A stretch of DNA of 64,000 bases from Bacteroidota bacterium. Its GTDB lineage: Bacteria; Bacteroidota; Bacteroidia; Chitinophagales; Chitinophagaceae. Shown piece by piece: positions 9,359 to 19,647 of the stretch. Numbering within the stretch: position 1 is the first letter of the stretch; every line of letters begins with the position of its first letter. Both the position numbers and the translations under genes were made by a program. The notes under the pieces are model-generated. The model saw only the letters and a list, made by a program, of their open reading frames with translations, had not been told where the DNA came from and did no database searches. The stretch lies in contig CANFXV010000007.1 in assembly GCA_947451115.1 (NCBI GenBank), positions 3,171 to 67,170 on the forward strand. Direction: 5' to 3'.

Positions 9359-10993
9359 TTAAAATAATTTAAAGGCAGTTCCATCAAACAAGCCTTTGTC
9401 GCTTAGTTTTAGGTGTGGAATTACTAATAAGGCCATAAAACTTAAAGTCATAAAAGGCGAACCCAAGGCGCTACCCAAGGATTTAGCCATTAAATCGATT
9501 TCAGTATAAGCTGCAGCTACTTGATAAGGATCTTGAACACTCATGAGTCCAGCCACCGGAAGGCTCAATACTTTTACTATTTCATTCTCTACGCAACTGA
9601 TTCCGCCTTGTGCTTGTATGACTGCGTTGATGGCTTTAACAATTTCAGTATCTGTTACACCTACTGCTATAATATTATGACTGTCATGAGCCACTGTTGA
9701 AGCAATGGCGCCATGCTTAAACCCAAAGTTTTTGATGAAGGCCATTTTAGGTGCAGTTGCATGGTAACGATTGTACACGACTATTTTTAAAATGTCATTA
9801 TTTGTATCTGCAATAATTTCATTGTCTTTAAAGTGAGCAGCTTCCCATAAACAATTCGTGATCAGTTGACCATCGATGGCTTCTATGATGGGAATACTTC
9901 CTTCTTTTTGTGGATAGCTGGACGCAAGAATTTTTATGTCTTTTGCTGTTAAAGGAAGGGCATTGAATTGATTGATGGATTTTTCTTGAATCATTGGAAT
10001 CAATGATTGTCCACTTTCGGCTACTTTAACACCATTGATATAAGTTTGGAGTACTTTAAAATCAATCAAATCTTTAACCACAATAAAATTAGCTGGGTCG
10101 CCCACTTGAAATAAACCGGTAGGTAATTGATAATGTTTTACTGGGTTGATGCAAGCCGCTTTTAACACATTGAATTGGTCAATGCCCTTGGCCACTGCTC
10201 TAGCACATAAAACATTAATATGACCTTCCAATAAACTATCGGGGTGTTTGTCATCGCTGCAAAGCATGGTATGTTTGGGATGATCGTCTAATAATTCATA
10301 CAAGGCCTCGAAATTTTTTGCGGCACTACCTTCTCTTATTAATATTTTCATCCCATGCGCTAATTTATCTAAAGCCTCTTCGATGGTAAAACATTCATGG
10401 TCGGTGCTAATGCCTGCTTCAATGTATTTCTTTGCCTCCTCACCTCTTAAACCCGGGGCATGTCCATCCACAGGCTTTCCTGCTTTATGTGCTGCAGCAA
10501 TTTTTTTCATTACTTCCTCGTCTTGATGCAAGACACCCGGAAAATTCATCATTTCACTCAAATAATAAATATCCTTACTGGCCAATAATTCAGCTACGGC
10601 TTCACTTCTAATGGCAGCGCCTGCTGTTTCAAATTCAGTAGCAGGAACACAGCTAGGTGCACCAAAGAAAAAATGAAAGGGTACTTTTTTGCCATTGTCA
10701 ATCATATATTGTACGCCTTCCACTCCACAAACATTAGCAATTTCATGCGGGTCACTAATGGTGCCAATGGTGCCATGGGTCACGGCTAACCTGGCAAAGG
10801 AGCTTGGCACAAGCATGCTACTTTCTATATGTACATGGGCATCAATAAATCCTGGAAGCAAAAAATGATGAGGGGCAACGGGTATTTTTTCTATGGCAGT
10901 AATCAGGCCATGATCAATCGTCACTACTGCTGGAAAAATTTGCTTTCTAGCAATGTCTACATATTGTCCCTCTATTTTAAATGAGGTAGCCAT
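9359..10993 (-). CDS. ade: Adenine deaminase
   Basis: [45 protein letters not shown] and AHDSHN motifs. Confidence 0.93.
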   Translation of the reverse strand: MATSFKIEGQYVDIARKQIFPAVVTIDHGLITAIEKIPVAPHHFLLPGFIDAHVHIESSMLVPSSFARLAVTHGTIGTISDPHEIANVCGVEGVQYMIDNGKKVPFHFFFGAPSCVPATEFETAGAAIRSEAVAELLASKDIYYLSEMMNFPGVLHQDEEVMKKIAAAHKAGKPVDGHAPGLRGEEAKKYIEAGISTDHECFTIEEALDKLAHGMKILIREGSAAKNFEALYELLDDHPKHTMLCSDDKHPDSLLEGHINVLCARAVAKGIDQFNVLKAACINPVKHYQLPTGLFQVGDPANFIVVKDLIDFKVLQTYINGVKVAESGQSLIPMIQEKSINQFNALPLTAKDIKILASSYPQKEGSIPIIEAIDGQLITNCLWEAAHFKDNEIIADTNNDILKIVVYNRYHATAPKMAFIKNFGFKHGAIASTVAHDSHNIIAVGVTDTEIVKAINAVIQAQGGISCVENEIVKVLSLPVAGLMSVQDPYQVAAAYTEIDLMAKSLGSALGSPFMTLSFMALLVIPHLKLSDKGLFDGTAFKLF

Positions 10994-11005
10994 AAAATAA
11001 TTTGG

Positions 11006-13228
11006 TTATAAGTTAAACCAGTAATTGAACTTAAAGATAAGGGCTCTGTTTTTATTTTTAAGCATTGGGTCGGTAAAATAGTTGTCGGTATACACTAAGA
11101 AAAAATCGCTCATAGGCTTGTACCTGTATTGCAAACGACTATTGATGTTGAAATTATTGGTTTGTGTGTTAAACTGTACAAAGGTGGTCCAGAATAATTT
11201 TGTGTTAAAGTTGTATTCAAGTTTGGGGGCAATCAAAATCAAATCATTGTTACCATATTTCTTTGGCAATTGAATTTTGTCTACTTCTCCGTTGATTGAT
11301 AAGGTTAAATGAGGTTGATTTCTCCAGATGATGCCAGCTCCCAATCCAGTAATATTTCCATTGTAGTATTGGCCTAGCGTGGTCATCATATTCCAACTAA
11401 ACAACTTTCGCATGTCTGAATAATACATCAAATTAAATTGACTGTACAGATAATTGTCTGCTGGAATTGGAATGCCATCGCCTGGTTTAGTGGGATACAA
11501 TAAATTAAGATTGTTATTAGAGATAGTAGCAACAAAACCCGAACTGTTTCTTAATTCTGCAGTTAATTTTAATGCAATGTCATTTTCACTAAATGAATTG
11601 TCTGGATTGAACACTAAAAAGTTTTCTAAACCAATCTGTATTCTTCCAATTTTTCCCTTGCTAATGAAATATTTTTTTGAAATATTGGTATAAAAATCTT
11701 TAAAACCCACGCGGATAGTGGTGTCCCTTAAAGCATCGTAATTGTCTATCCTTTGAACATAACCCATGTCCGTATAATAATTTTTACCAACATTTCCTAC
11801 TTCCCCTTCTATATGCCAATTATTTATTGTTCGAGATACACTTGCTTCTATATAGGAATCTTGGTTGTTGATGTTAGGTTTGAAAGATTGGTGAAAATTT
11901 ATTTCAACTCTTTTTGTACCCTCATTGTTGGCTAAAAGTAAACTAACCCCTGCATTTCTTCCATACTGGTCCAAAGGATTTTTCTTCGCTTCGGCCGCCG
12001 TTATAAAGTTTTCTCTATCCAGAAAATAAGTTTTTAAAACAGATCGTTGCCAGAAACTTTTTTGAATGGTGAAGGCTGAAAAATTTTCTGGAGAATAAGC
12101 GCCTTTAGATCCTGTTTGAATATCCATCATCCCAATTCTGGTACTTGAATTTAAGTTACCAGAAAGTCTTGCACCTAATAAGATAGGAATGGCATTGCCG
12201 TCCTTGTCTAGTCCTATGGTTCTTGAATAAAATGGGCGAAAGATGGGATTGCCAAAATTTGAAAATAAATCTGCATTTTCTAAAAAGAAGGTTCTTTTCT
12301 CTGGTAAAAAAATACTGAATCGTGTTAAATTAGTTACTAATTGATCAACTTCTATTTGAGAGAAATCGGGATTCACTGTGACATCTAAATTTAAAGAAGA
12401 GTTTAATGCCATTTTTGCATCAAACCCTGCACCACCAGTGTTTTGCAGCAATTTTCCATTTTCATCATCGGTAGTAGCACTTCCTGTGATATACGGTAAA
12501 ATAATTTTATTACTCGCCGCCTTGGGTGGTGCTACAGGCCAATTTAAAACACCTGCATAGCCTAAATCATAGGATTTAAAAACAGGAGGTACCTTAGTCC
12601 AACAACTGTATTCATTACTTTGCAAATCGCCCCTTAAATAATTAATGCCCCAGAAACTTTGCTTGTCATTATACCTTATTGATTTTAAAGGAATAGCAAT
12701 TTCGGCAATCCAATAACCTGCATACATTTTGGTGGCAGAATTCCATTTGGTATCCCAGCTCCATGAAAGCTTTTCTTCGGCATTTGTAGTCAACTGATCT
12801 TCTGATTGAACATTTTTAGAAGTCAATGCAAAAATAAATCCATTGGTTTTTTGATTCAATGGATCTAAAATAACAGCAATACCATCAGATCCATCATACC
12901 CTACATCTCTTTTTAAACTTTTGATAATTTGTTCGTCTTTGGCATAAACTTTAAAAGCGAAGTAAATATTTTTATCATCATAGGTAGTTAAAACTTCAGT
13001 TTGTTGTTTTGGTGCACCTACATTATTGGGGTATTTTTTTGTAAAATCCTTAGCCAACATCGCAGTTTTCCAAACGGGTTCGTCTAAAATGCCATCCAAT
13101 ACAATGGGGCTGGAACTGGCTTGTATATTTATTTGAAAATTTTTCTGGTATTCGGTGATGGTTTGCGCATTTAATTTGATGCTCATTTGCAGGAGGCTTA
13201 AAATAAATAGATTGCGCAATATTTTCAT
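11006..13228 (-). CDS. Outer-membrane protein with a CBM9-like N-terminal domain and DUF5916
   Basis: Signal peptide, LDGILDEPVW...YDDKNIYFAF...AEIAIP, NPDFSQIEVD...PEKRTFFLE...FYSRTIG, aromatic beta-strand C-terminus. ATG at 13228 preferred. Confidence 0.7.
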   Translation of the reverse strand: MKILRNLFILSLLQMSIKLNAQTITEYQKNFQINIQASSSPIVLDGILDEPVWKTAMLAKDFTKKYPNNVGAPKQQTEVLTTYDDKNIYFAFKVYAKDEQIIKSLKRDVGYDGSDGIAVILDPLNQKTNGFIFALTSKNVQSEDQLTTNAEEKLSWSWDTKWNSATKMYAGYWIAEIAIPLKSIRYNDKQSFWGINYLRGDLQSNEYSCWTKVPPVFKSYDLGYAGVLNWPVAPPKAASNKIILPYITGSATTDDENGKLLQNTGGAGFDAKMALNSSLNLDVTVNPDFSQIEVDQLVTNLTRFSIFLPEKRTFFLENADLFSNFGNPIFRPFYSRTIGLDKDGNAIPILLGARLSGNLNSSTRIGMMDIQTGSKGAYSPENFSAFTIQKSFWQRSVLKTYFLDRENFITAAEAKKNPLDQYGRNAGVSLLLANNEGTKRVEINFHQSFKPNINNQDSYIEASVSRTINNWHIEGEVGNVGKNYYTDMGYVQRIDNYDALRDTTIRVGFKDFYTNISKKYFISKGKIGRIQIGLENFLVFNPDNSFSENDIALKLTAELRNSSGFVATISNNNLNLLYPTKPGDGIPIPADNYLYSQFNLMYYSDMRKLFSWNMMTTLGQYYNGNITGLGAGIIWRNQPHLTLSINGEVDKIQLPKKYGNNDLILIAPKLEYNFNTKLFWTTFVQFNTQTNNFNINSRLQYRYKPMSDFFLVYTDNYFTDPMLKNKNRALIFKFNYWFNL

Positions 13229-13305
13229 AAGGGTGCAAATATCCTTCAAGTAAGCTATACAGCCTTAATTAGTTAGGGAATTTTTCTAAAAAAAGTACAA
13301 ACGGC

Positions 13306-13986
13306 TTATTCTCCTGCTAATAAGTCGGGTCGGCGCTCTTGGGTTCTGGCCAAAGCTTGTTCCTGTCTCCAGGCTTCCACCTTTTTTGGGTCTCCATTGA
13401 GTAAAACAGGGGGCACCTCTAAGCCTCTAAAACTAGCGGGTCTAGAATAGACAGGAGGAGCCAATAAATTGTCTTGAAAAGAATCGGTCAGTGCAGAAGT
13501 TTCGTCGTTTAATACACCAGGTAGAAGTCTGCCAATGGCATCCACCACCACGGCTGCTGCTAGTTCTCCGCCACTTAAAACATAATCTCCAATAGATATT
13601 TCACGTGTCATGTATAGTTCTCTAATTCTTTGGTCGATGCCTTTGTAATGCCCACAAATCAATAGGATTCTATTTTTTAAAGAAAGCGCATTGGCTTGTT
13701 TTTGATCAAATGTTTTTCCATCAGGGGTCAAAAAAATAAGCTCATCAAATTTGCCTTCCGCTTGTAATGCATCAATAGCATTGGCCAGCGGTTCGCACAT
13801 CATCACCATACCTGCACCACCTCCATATTGGTAGTCATCTACTTGGCCATGTTTGTTAATGGCCCAATCTCTTAGGTTATGTAATTTTATATTGAGCAAT
13901 CCTTTTTCCTGAGCTCTTTTCATGATGCTATGCTCAAAGGGGCTGATCAATAATTCAGGAAGTACAGTTAAAATTTCAATGGTCAT
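13306..13986 (-). CDS. trmD: tRNA (guanine-N1)-methyltransferase
   Basis: VDDYQYGGGAGMVM, CGHYKGIDQR and SIGDYVLSGGE motifs. Confidence 0.95.
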   Translation of the reverse strand: MTIEILTVLPELLISPFEHSIMKRAQEKGLLNIKLHNLRDWAINKHGQVDDYQYGGGAGMVMMCEPLANAIDALQAEGKFDELIFLTPDGKTFDQKQANALSLKNRILLICGHYKGIDQRIRELYMTREISIGDYVLSGGELAAAVVVDAIGRLLPGVLNDETSALTDSFQDNLLAPPVYSRPASFRGLEVPPVLLNGDPKKVEAWRQEQALARTQERRPDLLAGE

Positions 13987-13990
13987 GCTG

Positions 13991-13998
13991 CAAAGTTA
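13991..13998 (-). promoter_or_regulatory. -7 promoter element (TAACTTTG) abutting the trmD start
   Basis: TAnnTTTG, then CAGC, then ATG. Its first three bases are the upstream gene's TAA stop codon. Confidence 0.6.
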
Positions 13999-14400
13999 AT
14001 CTAATAATTCACCCAAATCACGTCGGTCTTTTTTAGTAGGTCTTCCAATTTTACTTAAACGTTTTCCTGTTTGAAAAGTGGCTGCCACTTGTCGCACGCG
14101 TTTTAATTCTTCAATCGGCGTAAGGTCTTCGTAGTATTTGATGGCTTCTGCATAGGCCATTCTAGATTCCAGCAACTGCGTTACGCGAATGACCCAATTT
14201 TTGTGCTCTGTTCTTGCCTCGTACTCATCACCAATGACTACATTTCTAGAAGCTTTTACATTTTCACCTTTCATCTTCACTCTTCCTTTGTCAATGGCTT
14301 CAGTGGCCTGGCTTCTTGTTTTAAATACACGGATAGACCAGAGGTATTTGTCCAATCTAATTTTTTGTTTTTCCGTTTTTGCAACTGTGGGCCCCTTCAT
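13996..14400 (-). CDS. hslR: S4 RNA-binding protein Hsp15
   Basis: RLDKYLWSIRVFKTRS...GRPTKKDRR motifs. Confidence 0.85.
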   Translation of the reverse strand: MKGPTVAKTEKQKIRLDKYLWSIRVFKTRSQATEAIDKGRVKMKGENVKASRNVVIGDEYEARTEHKNWVIRVTQLLESRMAYAEAIKYYEDLTPIEELKRVRQVAATFQTGKRLSKIGRPTKKDRRDLGELLD

Positions 14401-14403
14401 GCT

Positions 14404-15774
14404 TTATGCTTTTTTAGCTGCAAAAAATTGATGGAAATAAGGAATGGTTTCAATGCCTTTGTAAAAATTCACTATATCATATTTTTCATTCGGGCTATGT
14501 AAGTTGTCACTGTCTAGACCAAAGCCCATAAATACAATTTTTAATCCCAATTCTTTTTCAAACAAAGCACAAATTGGAATGCTGCCACCCCCGCGAACAG
14601 GAATGGGCTCTTTGCCAAAAGTAGTAGAGATGGCTTTGGCGGCACTTTGGTATTCATGTGAATCTATGGGGGTGATGTATGGTTCGCCTCCATGGTGTTC
14701 AAATGCATGCACAGTTACATTGGGTGGTGCAATTTTTTTAAAATGGGCTAGTACCATTTCTGTAATTTTTTCTGAAGATTGATTTGGGACCAATCGACAA
14801 GATATTTTGGCAAATGCTTTGGAAGGCAAAACGGTTTTTGCCCCCTCGCCAGTGTAACCACCCCAGATGCCATTTACTTCTAAAGTAGGACGTATACCTG
14901 TTCTTTCATTGGTGCTATAGCCTTTTTCACCCCAAACATTTTGAATGCCTAAGTCGATTTTGTATTCATTTTCATCAAATGGGGCTTCTGCCATTTTTTT
15001 TCTTTCAGCATCGGTGGAAACAACTACATCATCATAAAATCCGGGAATGGTAATGTGGTTATTTTCATCGTGACAAGAAGCAATCATTTTTGATAGTATG
15101 GTTATGGGGTTGGCCACCGCTCCTCCGTACACACCACTGTGTAAATCTCGATTAGGCCCTGTAACTTCTAGTTCAATATAGCTTAAACCCCTAACGCCAA
15201 TATCAATGGAAGGCGTATCCATACTTATCATGGCGGTGTCACTAATTAAAATTACATCTGCTTTTAAAAGTTCGGTATTTGCTTTAACAAAGCTGGCTAA
15301 ATTAGGACTTCCAATTTCTTCTTCTCCTTCAATAATAAATTTAATATTGGTGCAAAGTGAATTGGTTTTGGTCATGATTTCTAATGCTTTCACGTGCATG
15401 TAAAATTGTCCCTTGTCATCACAAGCACCTCTGGCAAAAATTTTACCATCTTTAATGGTAGGTTCAAAGGGGCTACTATTCCATAAGTCCAAAGGATCGG
15501 CTGGTTGTACATCATAGTGTCCATAAACTAAAACAGTGGGAAAACTTGGATCTGTCATTATTTCTCCATAGACAATGGGATGACCCTCCGTTGGATAAAT
15601 TTTTGTGGTGGGCGCACCAGCATCTTTTAAAGATTGTTCGACTGCTTGGGCACAAGCCATCATGTCGGCATTGTGTTCAGTTTTAGCGCTAATACTTGGA
15701 ATGCGCAATAAAGTGAGCAGCTCTTGTAAAAAACGATCTTTGTGTTGTTCTTGATAAGTTTGCCAAGGGTTCAT
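14404..15774 (-). CDS. M20 family metallo-dipeptidase
   Basis: YGHYDVQP, RGACDDKG, EGEEEIGS and HSPNE motifs. Confidence 0.88.
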   Translation of the reverse strand: MNPWQTYQEQHKDRFLQELLTLLRIPSISAKTEHNADMMACAQAVEQSLKDAGAPTTKIYPTEGHPIVYGEIMTDPSFPTVLVYGHYDVQPADPLDLWNSSPFEPTIKDGKIFARGACDDKGQFYMHVKALEIMTKTNSLCTNIKFIIEGEEEIGSPNLASFVKANTELLKADVILISDTAMISMDTPSIDIGVRGLSYIELEVTGPNRDLHSGVYGGAVANPITILSKMIASCHDENNHITIPGFYDDVVVSTDAERKKMAEAPFDENEYKIDLGIQNVWGEKGYSTNERTGIRPTLEVNGIWGGYTGEGAKTVLPSKAFAKISCRLVPNQSSEKITEMVLAHFKKIAPPNVTVHAFEHHGGEPYITPIDSHEYQSAAKAISTTFGKEPIPVRGGGSIPICALFEKELGLKIVFMGFGLDSDNLHSPNEKYDIVNFYKGIETIPYFHQFFAAKKA

Positions 15775-15792
15775 ATACAATTAGTTTAGCTT

Positions 15793-16782
15793 TTAATTAA
15801 TCAGCTGATGTTTTAAATCGGACAATACATTTTCACGGGTCCAATTTAATTGATGTTTAAATGCGGAAGTTCTTTTGGTACAATTATCGATGGTACAGAT
15901 GGGACAACTAAATGCCATACATCCATCGGTATGTACAAAAAATTCAACGCTGTCTCCGAATTTATTTTTGATTAGTTTAGTGAATTCATCCACTGCACCA
16001 TGTGCTTCATTGACATTGAAATACCAAGGCACTGTTAAATGACAATCAATATGCATTAAAGCACCATATTTAATAACTCTTAAATTGTGCATGTCAATCC
16101 AATGGTTGTTTCTTGATTTATTTAATTCATCAATCACTTCATCCAATAAAGCCATATCGGCTTCGTCCATAATACCCGCCAAAGATTCTCTAATAATTTT
16201 ATAGCCATTGTAGATGATCCATAAACCCATTAAAATAGCAATGATGGTATCAATAATTTTGAAACCTGTGTACATCACAAGTCCAATGCCCAAGGCTACT
16301 GCATAAGTGGTATAACTGTCAATTAATAAATGTTGGCCACTTGAACTTAAGGCCAAAGATTTATTTTTTTTACCCTTGGCCTTGGCAAATAAGCCAGCGA
16401 CCATGTTTAATACCGCGGTCAAGAGTAAAATCCAAATACCATTGTCTAATCCATGTAAGGTGTTGGGTTGAAAAAAAGTATGGATCGATTCATATAGAAT
16501 GATCAAGCCTGCTGTGATAATTAAACTTCCTTCAAATGCAGCGGACACAAATTCGGCTTTGCCATGTCCATAAGGATGATCCTTGTCCTTGGGCTTGGAG
16601 GCGACATACAAACTATACAATCCAATTAATCCAGCTAGTACATTCACAATGCTTTCCAATGCATCTGATAAAACAGACAAGGAATGGGTCATGAAGTAGG
16701 CAACAAACTTAAGTACAAACAATACAATACTTAAACTGGTTACAAAAAATTGAATTTTTAAATTCTGTTTTGACTTTTGCAA
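15793..16782 (-). CDS. Cation diffusion facilitator transporter with a Cys-rich C-terminal tail
   Basis: SDALESIVN, DKDHPYGHGKAE, HLLID, six TM helices. TTG start. Confidence 0.88.
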   Translation of the reverse strand: MQKSKQNLKIQFFVTSLSIVLFVLKFVAYFMTHSLSVLSDALESIVNVLAGLIGLYSLYVASKPKDKDHPYGHGKAEFVSAAFEGSLIITAGLIILYESIHTFFQPNTLHGLDNGIWILLLTAVLNMVAGLFAKAKGKKNKSLALSSSGQHLLIDSYTTYAVALGIGLVMYTGFKIIDTIIAILMGLWIIYNGYKIIRESLAGIMDEADMALLDEVIDELNKSRNNHWIDMHNLRVIKYGALMHIDCHLTVPWYFNVNEAHGAVDEFTKLIKNKFGDSVEFFVHTDGCMAFSCPICTIDNCTKRTSAFKHQLNWTRENVLSDLKHQLIN

Positions 16783-16817
16783 GGGACTTCTTTAATAGCG
16801 TGAACTTAATGAGCTTT

Positions 16818-17546
16818 CTAGTGCGTGGCTTCTGCGTATTTTTTTTGTACAAATTCCCAGTTCACTAAATTCCACCAAGCATTGATGTAATCGGCACGTT
16901 TGTTTTGATATTTTAAATAATAAGCATGCTCCCAAACATCTAAACCTAAAATCGGACTTCCCTTTGTTTCTGCAATGTCCATCAAAGGGTTGTCTTGATT
17001 GGGGGTGGAACTTACCGCCAAACTTCCATCTGCTTTCACCAGTAACCAGGCCCAGCCACTTCCAAATCTTGCTTTGGAGGCATCTCCAAATGCGGTTTTA
17101 AATGCATCAAAAGAACCAAAGGCCTTGGTAATGGCTTCAGCCAATGCCCCGCTTGGCGCAGTGGCTGGGGCAGGTTTCATTAATTGCCAAAACAATTCAT
17201 GGTTATAATGTCCGCCAGCATTGTTTCTCATTTTTGGAGAATAATGCGAAATATTTTTTAGTAAATCAGTCAAGCTAGTGGTACTAGTATCTAGTTTTTC
17301 TGCAACAACCGCATCGGCTAAATTTTTTGCATAAGCCGCTGCATGTTTGGTGTAATGAATTTCCATCGTCAGCGCATCAATAAAAGGTTCTAAGGCGGTA
17401 TAGCCATAAGGTAAAGGTTGCTGTGTGTATTCATTTACTTGACTGAATGCACTTGGACTCATTTTTGAAAGTATGGGCAGGGTAGCCATGGCCATACCTG
17501 CTTTGCCGGTTGTTTTAATAAACTGGCGACGGTTTTGCATGTTCAT
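16818..17546 (-). CDS. sodA: Superoxide dismutase, Mn-type signature, with Tat signal peptide
   Basis: HYTKH, NNAGGHYNH, NQDNP and DVWEHAYY motifs. N-terminal NRRQFIK. Confidence 0.88.
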   Translation of the reverse strand: MNMQNRRQFIKTTGKAGMAMATLPILSKMSPSAFSQVNEYTQQPLPYGYTALEPFIDALTMEIHYTKHAAAYAKNLADAVVAEKLDTSTTSLTDLLKNISHYSPKMRNNAGGHYNHELFWQLMKPAPATAPSGALAEAITKAFGSFDAFKTAFGDASKARFGSGWAWLLVKADGSLAVSSTPNQDNPLMDIAETKGSPILGLDVWEHAYYLKYQNKRADYINAWWNLVNWEFVQKKYAEATH

Positions 17547-17550
17547 AGTA

Positions 17551-18978
17551 TTATTTTTTAAAGTACTTCCGTAAAGTTACTTTAATTGGGTGTAATAGTC
17601 GGTAGTAAAATTCTTGATTGAATAGCTGAGAATCGCGCATAGCTTTATAGGTTAAAAACAGCCCTACAGGTATCAACACTACTGACGACATCCACATGCC
17701 AAAATAAACGGTCCACTCCCCAGATTTGGCAAATTTTTCACCAAAATTATTGAGTAGAAAAAACACCACAAAAAAGATAATGGCCAAAACCATGGGGGTG
17801 CCTAGTCCGCCTTTTCTAATGATGGAGCCCAGGGGGGCGCCAATTAAAAAAAGCACAATACAAGCAAAAGACAAAGTAAACTTACGGTGCCATTCTATAC
17901 CATGCATAGCGTTGGCCGTCTCGTTTTGCTTATAAGTTTCATTTAGGGTGGTAAAGTTGGCTTGAATGGAAGTGAATTGATAGCTGGCCGATTCGAAAAC
18001 TGAAGTAGCAATGGAGTCAGGAATGAGTTGTTTAAAGTTGGTTAAGGAAGCTTGTTTTTTCTGCGCTAAGAAAACCTGGTTGCTGTCTTTGTAAAAAAGA
18101 AAACGTAAGTAAGGGGCAATTTCAGTAGTTATTTTTTTTACATAAAAACTGTCCTTGCTATTGAGTGAATCAATCGCATGACTTAACTGTCTTACACTTA
18201 GCATTTTTGGATCATAGACATTGTCGTTGCTTTTGTTCATCTCAAAGCTTTTCAAGTCGAATACTTTTTTATATTCTTTAAAATACAATCTAGTGAATTC
18301 GGTATTGGTGGTGGCTCTTACGCCTCTCTCCTGATACCTCCATCCATTGTACATTATAAATTCTAGAAATTTTTTATTGGAGGATACACGCATTACGCCC
18401 GATTCCGCCATGATAAAATTATCTTGCAAACCATACTTTTTTTCGAAGATGACAATATTGTGCATCACGCTGTCATTGCTTTCTTTTTTGCCAAGCTTGA
18501 TCACATAGCCGTCGATTTTATCATAGAAAACACCTTCTTTCAAATCAATGGCAGGCTTGGCGATGATAATTTCATACTTCAAATTACTCAACTTCATTTG
18601 CGTCACTGGTATGATGTTGTTGGCAAATAAAAACGCAATCCCTGCTAAGAAAATGGTAAAAATAAATAGAGGACGCATGAAGCGAACTAGAGGAATACCT
18701 GCGGCTTTAATGGCAATGAGTTCAAAGCTTTCACCTAAATTTCCAAAAGTCATAATAGAGGAAAATAGCAATGCTAGGGGCAAGGCAGTGGTCATGGTGC
18801 TGACAGAAACCAAACCAATCAATTCTAAAATGGTTAAGAGGTCCAAGCCTTTTCCAACCAAATCATCTATGTACAGCCAAAAAAATTGCATGGTCAGCAC
18901 AAAAGTTGAAATCGTAAGTGCTGCTAGGAAAGGCCCAATAAAAGCCTTAAGAATTAGTATGTCTAATTTTTTGAACAA
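17551..18978 (-). CDS. LptF/LptG family LPS export permease
   Basis: 3+3 TM helix pattern, ELIAIKAAGIPL, EWHRKF and IGAPLG.I.RKGG motifs. TTG start. Confidence 0.85.
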   Translation of the reverse strand: MFKKLDILILKAFIGPFLAALTISTFVLTMQFFWLYIDDLVGKGLDLLTILELIGLVSVSTMTTALPLALLFSSIMTFGNLGESFELIAIKAAGIPLVRFMRPLFIFTIFLAGIAFLFANNIIPVTQMKLSNLKYEIIIAKPAIDLKEGVFYDKIDGYVIKLGKKESNDSVMHNIVIFEKKYGLQDNFIMAESGVMRVSSNKKFLEFIMYNGWRYQERGVRATTNTEFTRLYFKEYKKVFDLKSFEMNKSNDNVYDPKMLSVRQLSHAIDSLNSKDSFYVKKITTEIAPYLRFLFYKDSNQVFLAQKKQASLTNFKQLIPDSIATSVFESASYQFTSIQANFTTLNETYKQNETANAMHGIEWHRKFTLSFACIVLFLIGAPLGSIIRKGGLGTPMVLAIIFFVVFFLLNNFGEKFAKSGEWTVYFGMWMSSVVLIPVGLFLTYKAMRDSQLFNQEFYYRLLHPIKVTLRKYFKK

Positions 18979-18990
18979 GGCGTTGTAGTG

Positions 18991-19374
18991 CTAACTACCA
19001 ATGCGATGAAAGAGTTCTTTTATCTGATATTCCCAAAGCCTGCTTTGGTCTTTAATGTCATTTTTCTCAGCAAAGTCTTTCACGATTAAAATAGTTTGAT
19101 TAGAAATTTCTGTTTTTTCTATTCTAAATTCGAAGTACTCATTTTTTTCGCCATGCAACCATTTAAACTTGATAAATTTATCTGGTTCTTGGTCCAATAA
19201 TTCTGCTTTGTCTGGAACGCCTCCATTCCAGGAAAAACTAAAAACGTTTTCCCATTCGTCTACTTTGTCAGCAAACCATTCTTGTAATCCAGATGGCGTG
19301 GAAAGAAATTCAAAAAGTATATTTGGTGAACATCTAACTGGAAATTCAAGCGTAAATAATTGTTTCTTACTCAT
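18991..19374 (-). CDS. START-like domain protein
   Basis: LSTPSGLQEWFADKV...FSW...FKW pattern of the Bacteroidota START-like family. Confidence 0.7.
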   Translation of the reverse strand: MSKKQLFTLEFPVRCSPNILFEFLSTPSGLQEWFADKVDEWENVFSFSWNGGVPDKAELLDQEPDKFIKFKWLHGEKNEYFEFRIEKTEISNQTILIVKDFAEKNDIKDQSRLWEYQIKELFHRIGS

Positions 19375-19619
19375 ATATAACTAGCTCCTCTTTAAAAATT
19401 GATTCGTTTGATGCAATAATATTAAATAAAGGGTAGGTTCCAAGTATTTTTTATTCTTTATTAGTTAACAAACTGTCAAGACTTGTTTAGACTATACTCT
19501 AAATTCATCTAATTAATTGAAAATCAATAATTTAATACAAATTTCAACCTTAAGTAATCTTAAGTTTTTTACAGAAGGATGCAATTGGAATTGATGGTGC
19601 TTGACTCATTATGATCGCT

Positions 19620-19627
19620 TATCTTTG
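19620..19627 (+). promoter_or_regulatory. -7 promoter element (TATCTTTG) for ffh
   Basis: Exact TAnnTTTG 20 nt upstream of the ATG. Confidence 0.65.
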
Positions 19628-19647
19628 CTCCCCTTAATATTGGTACT

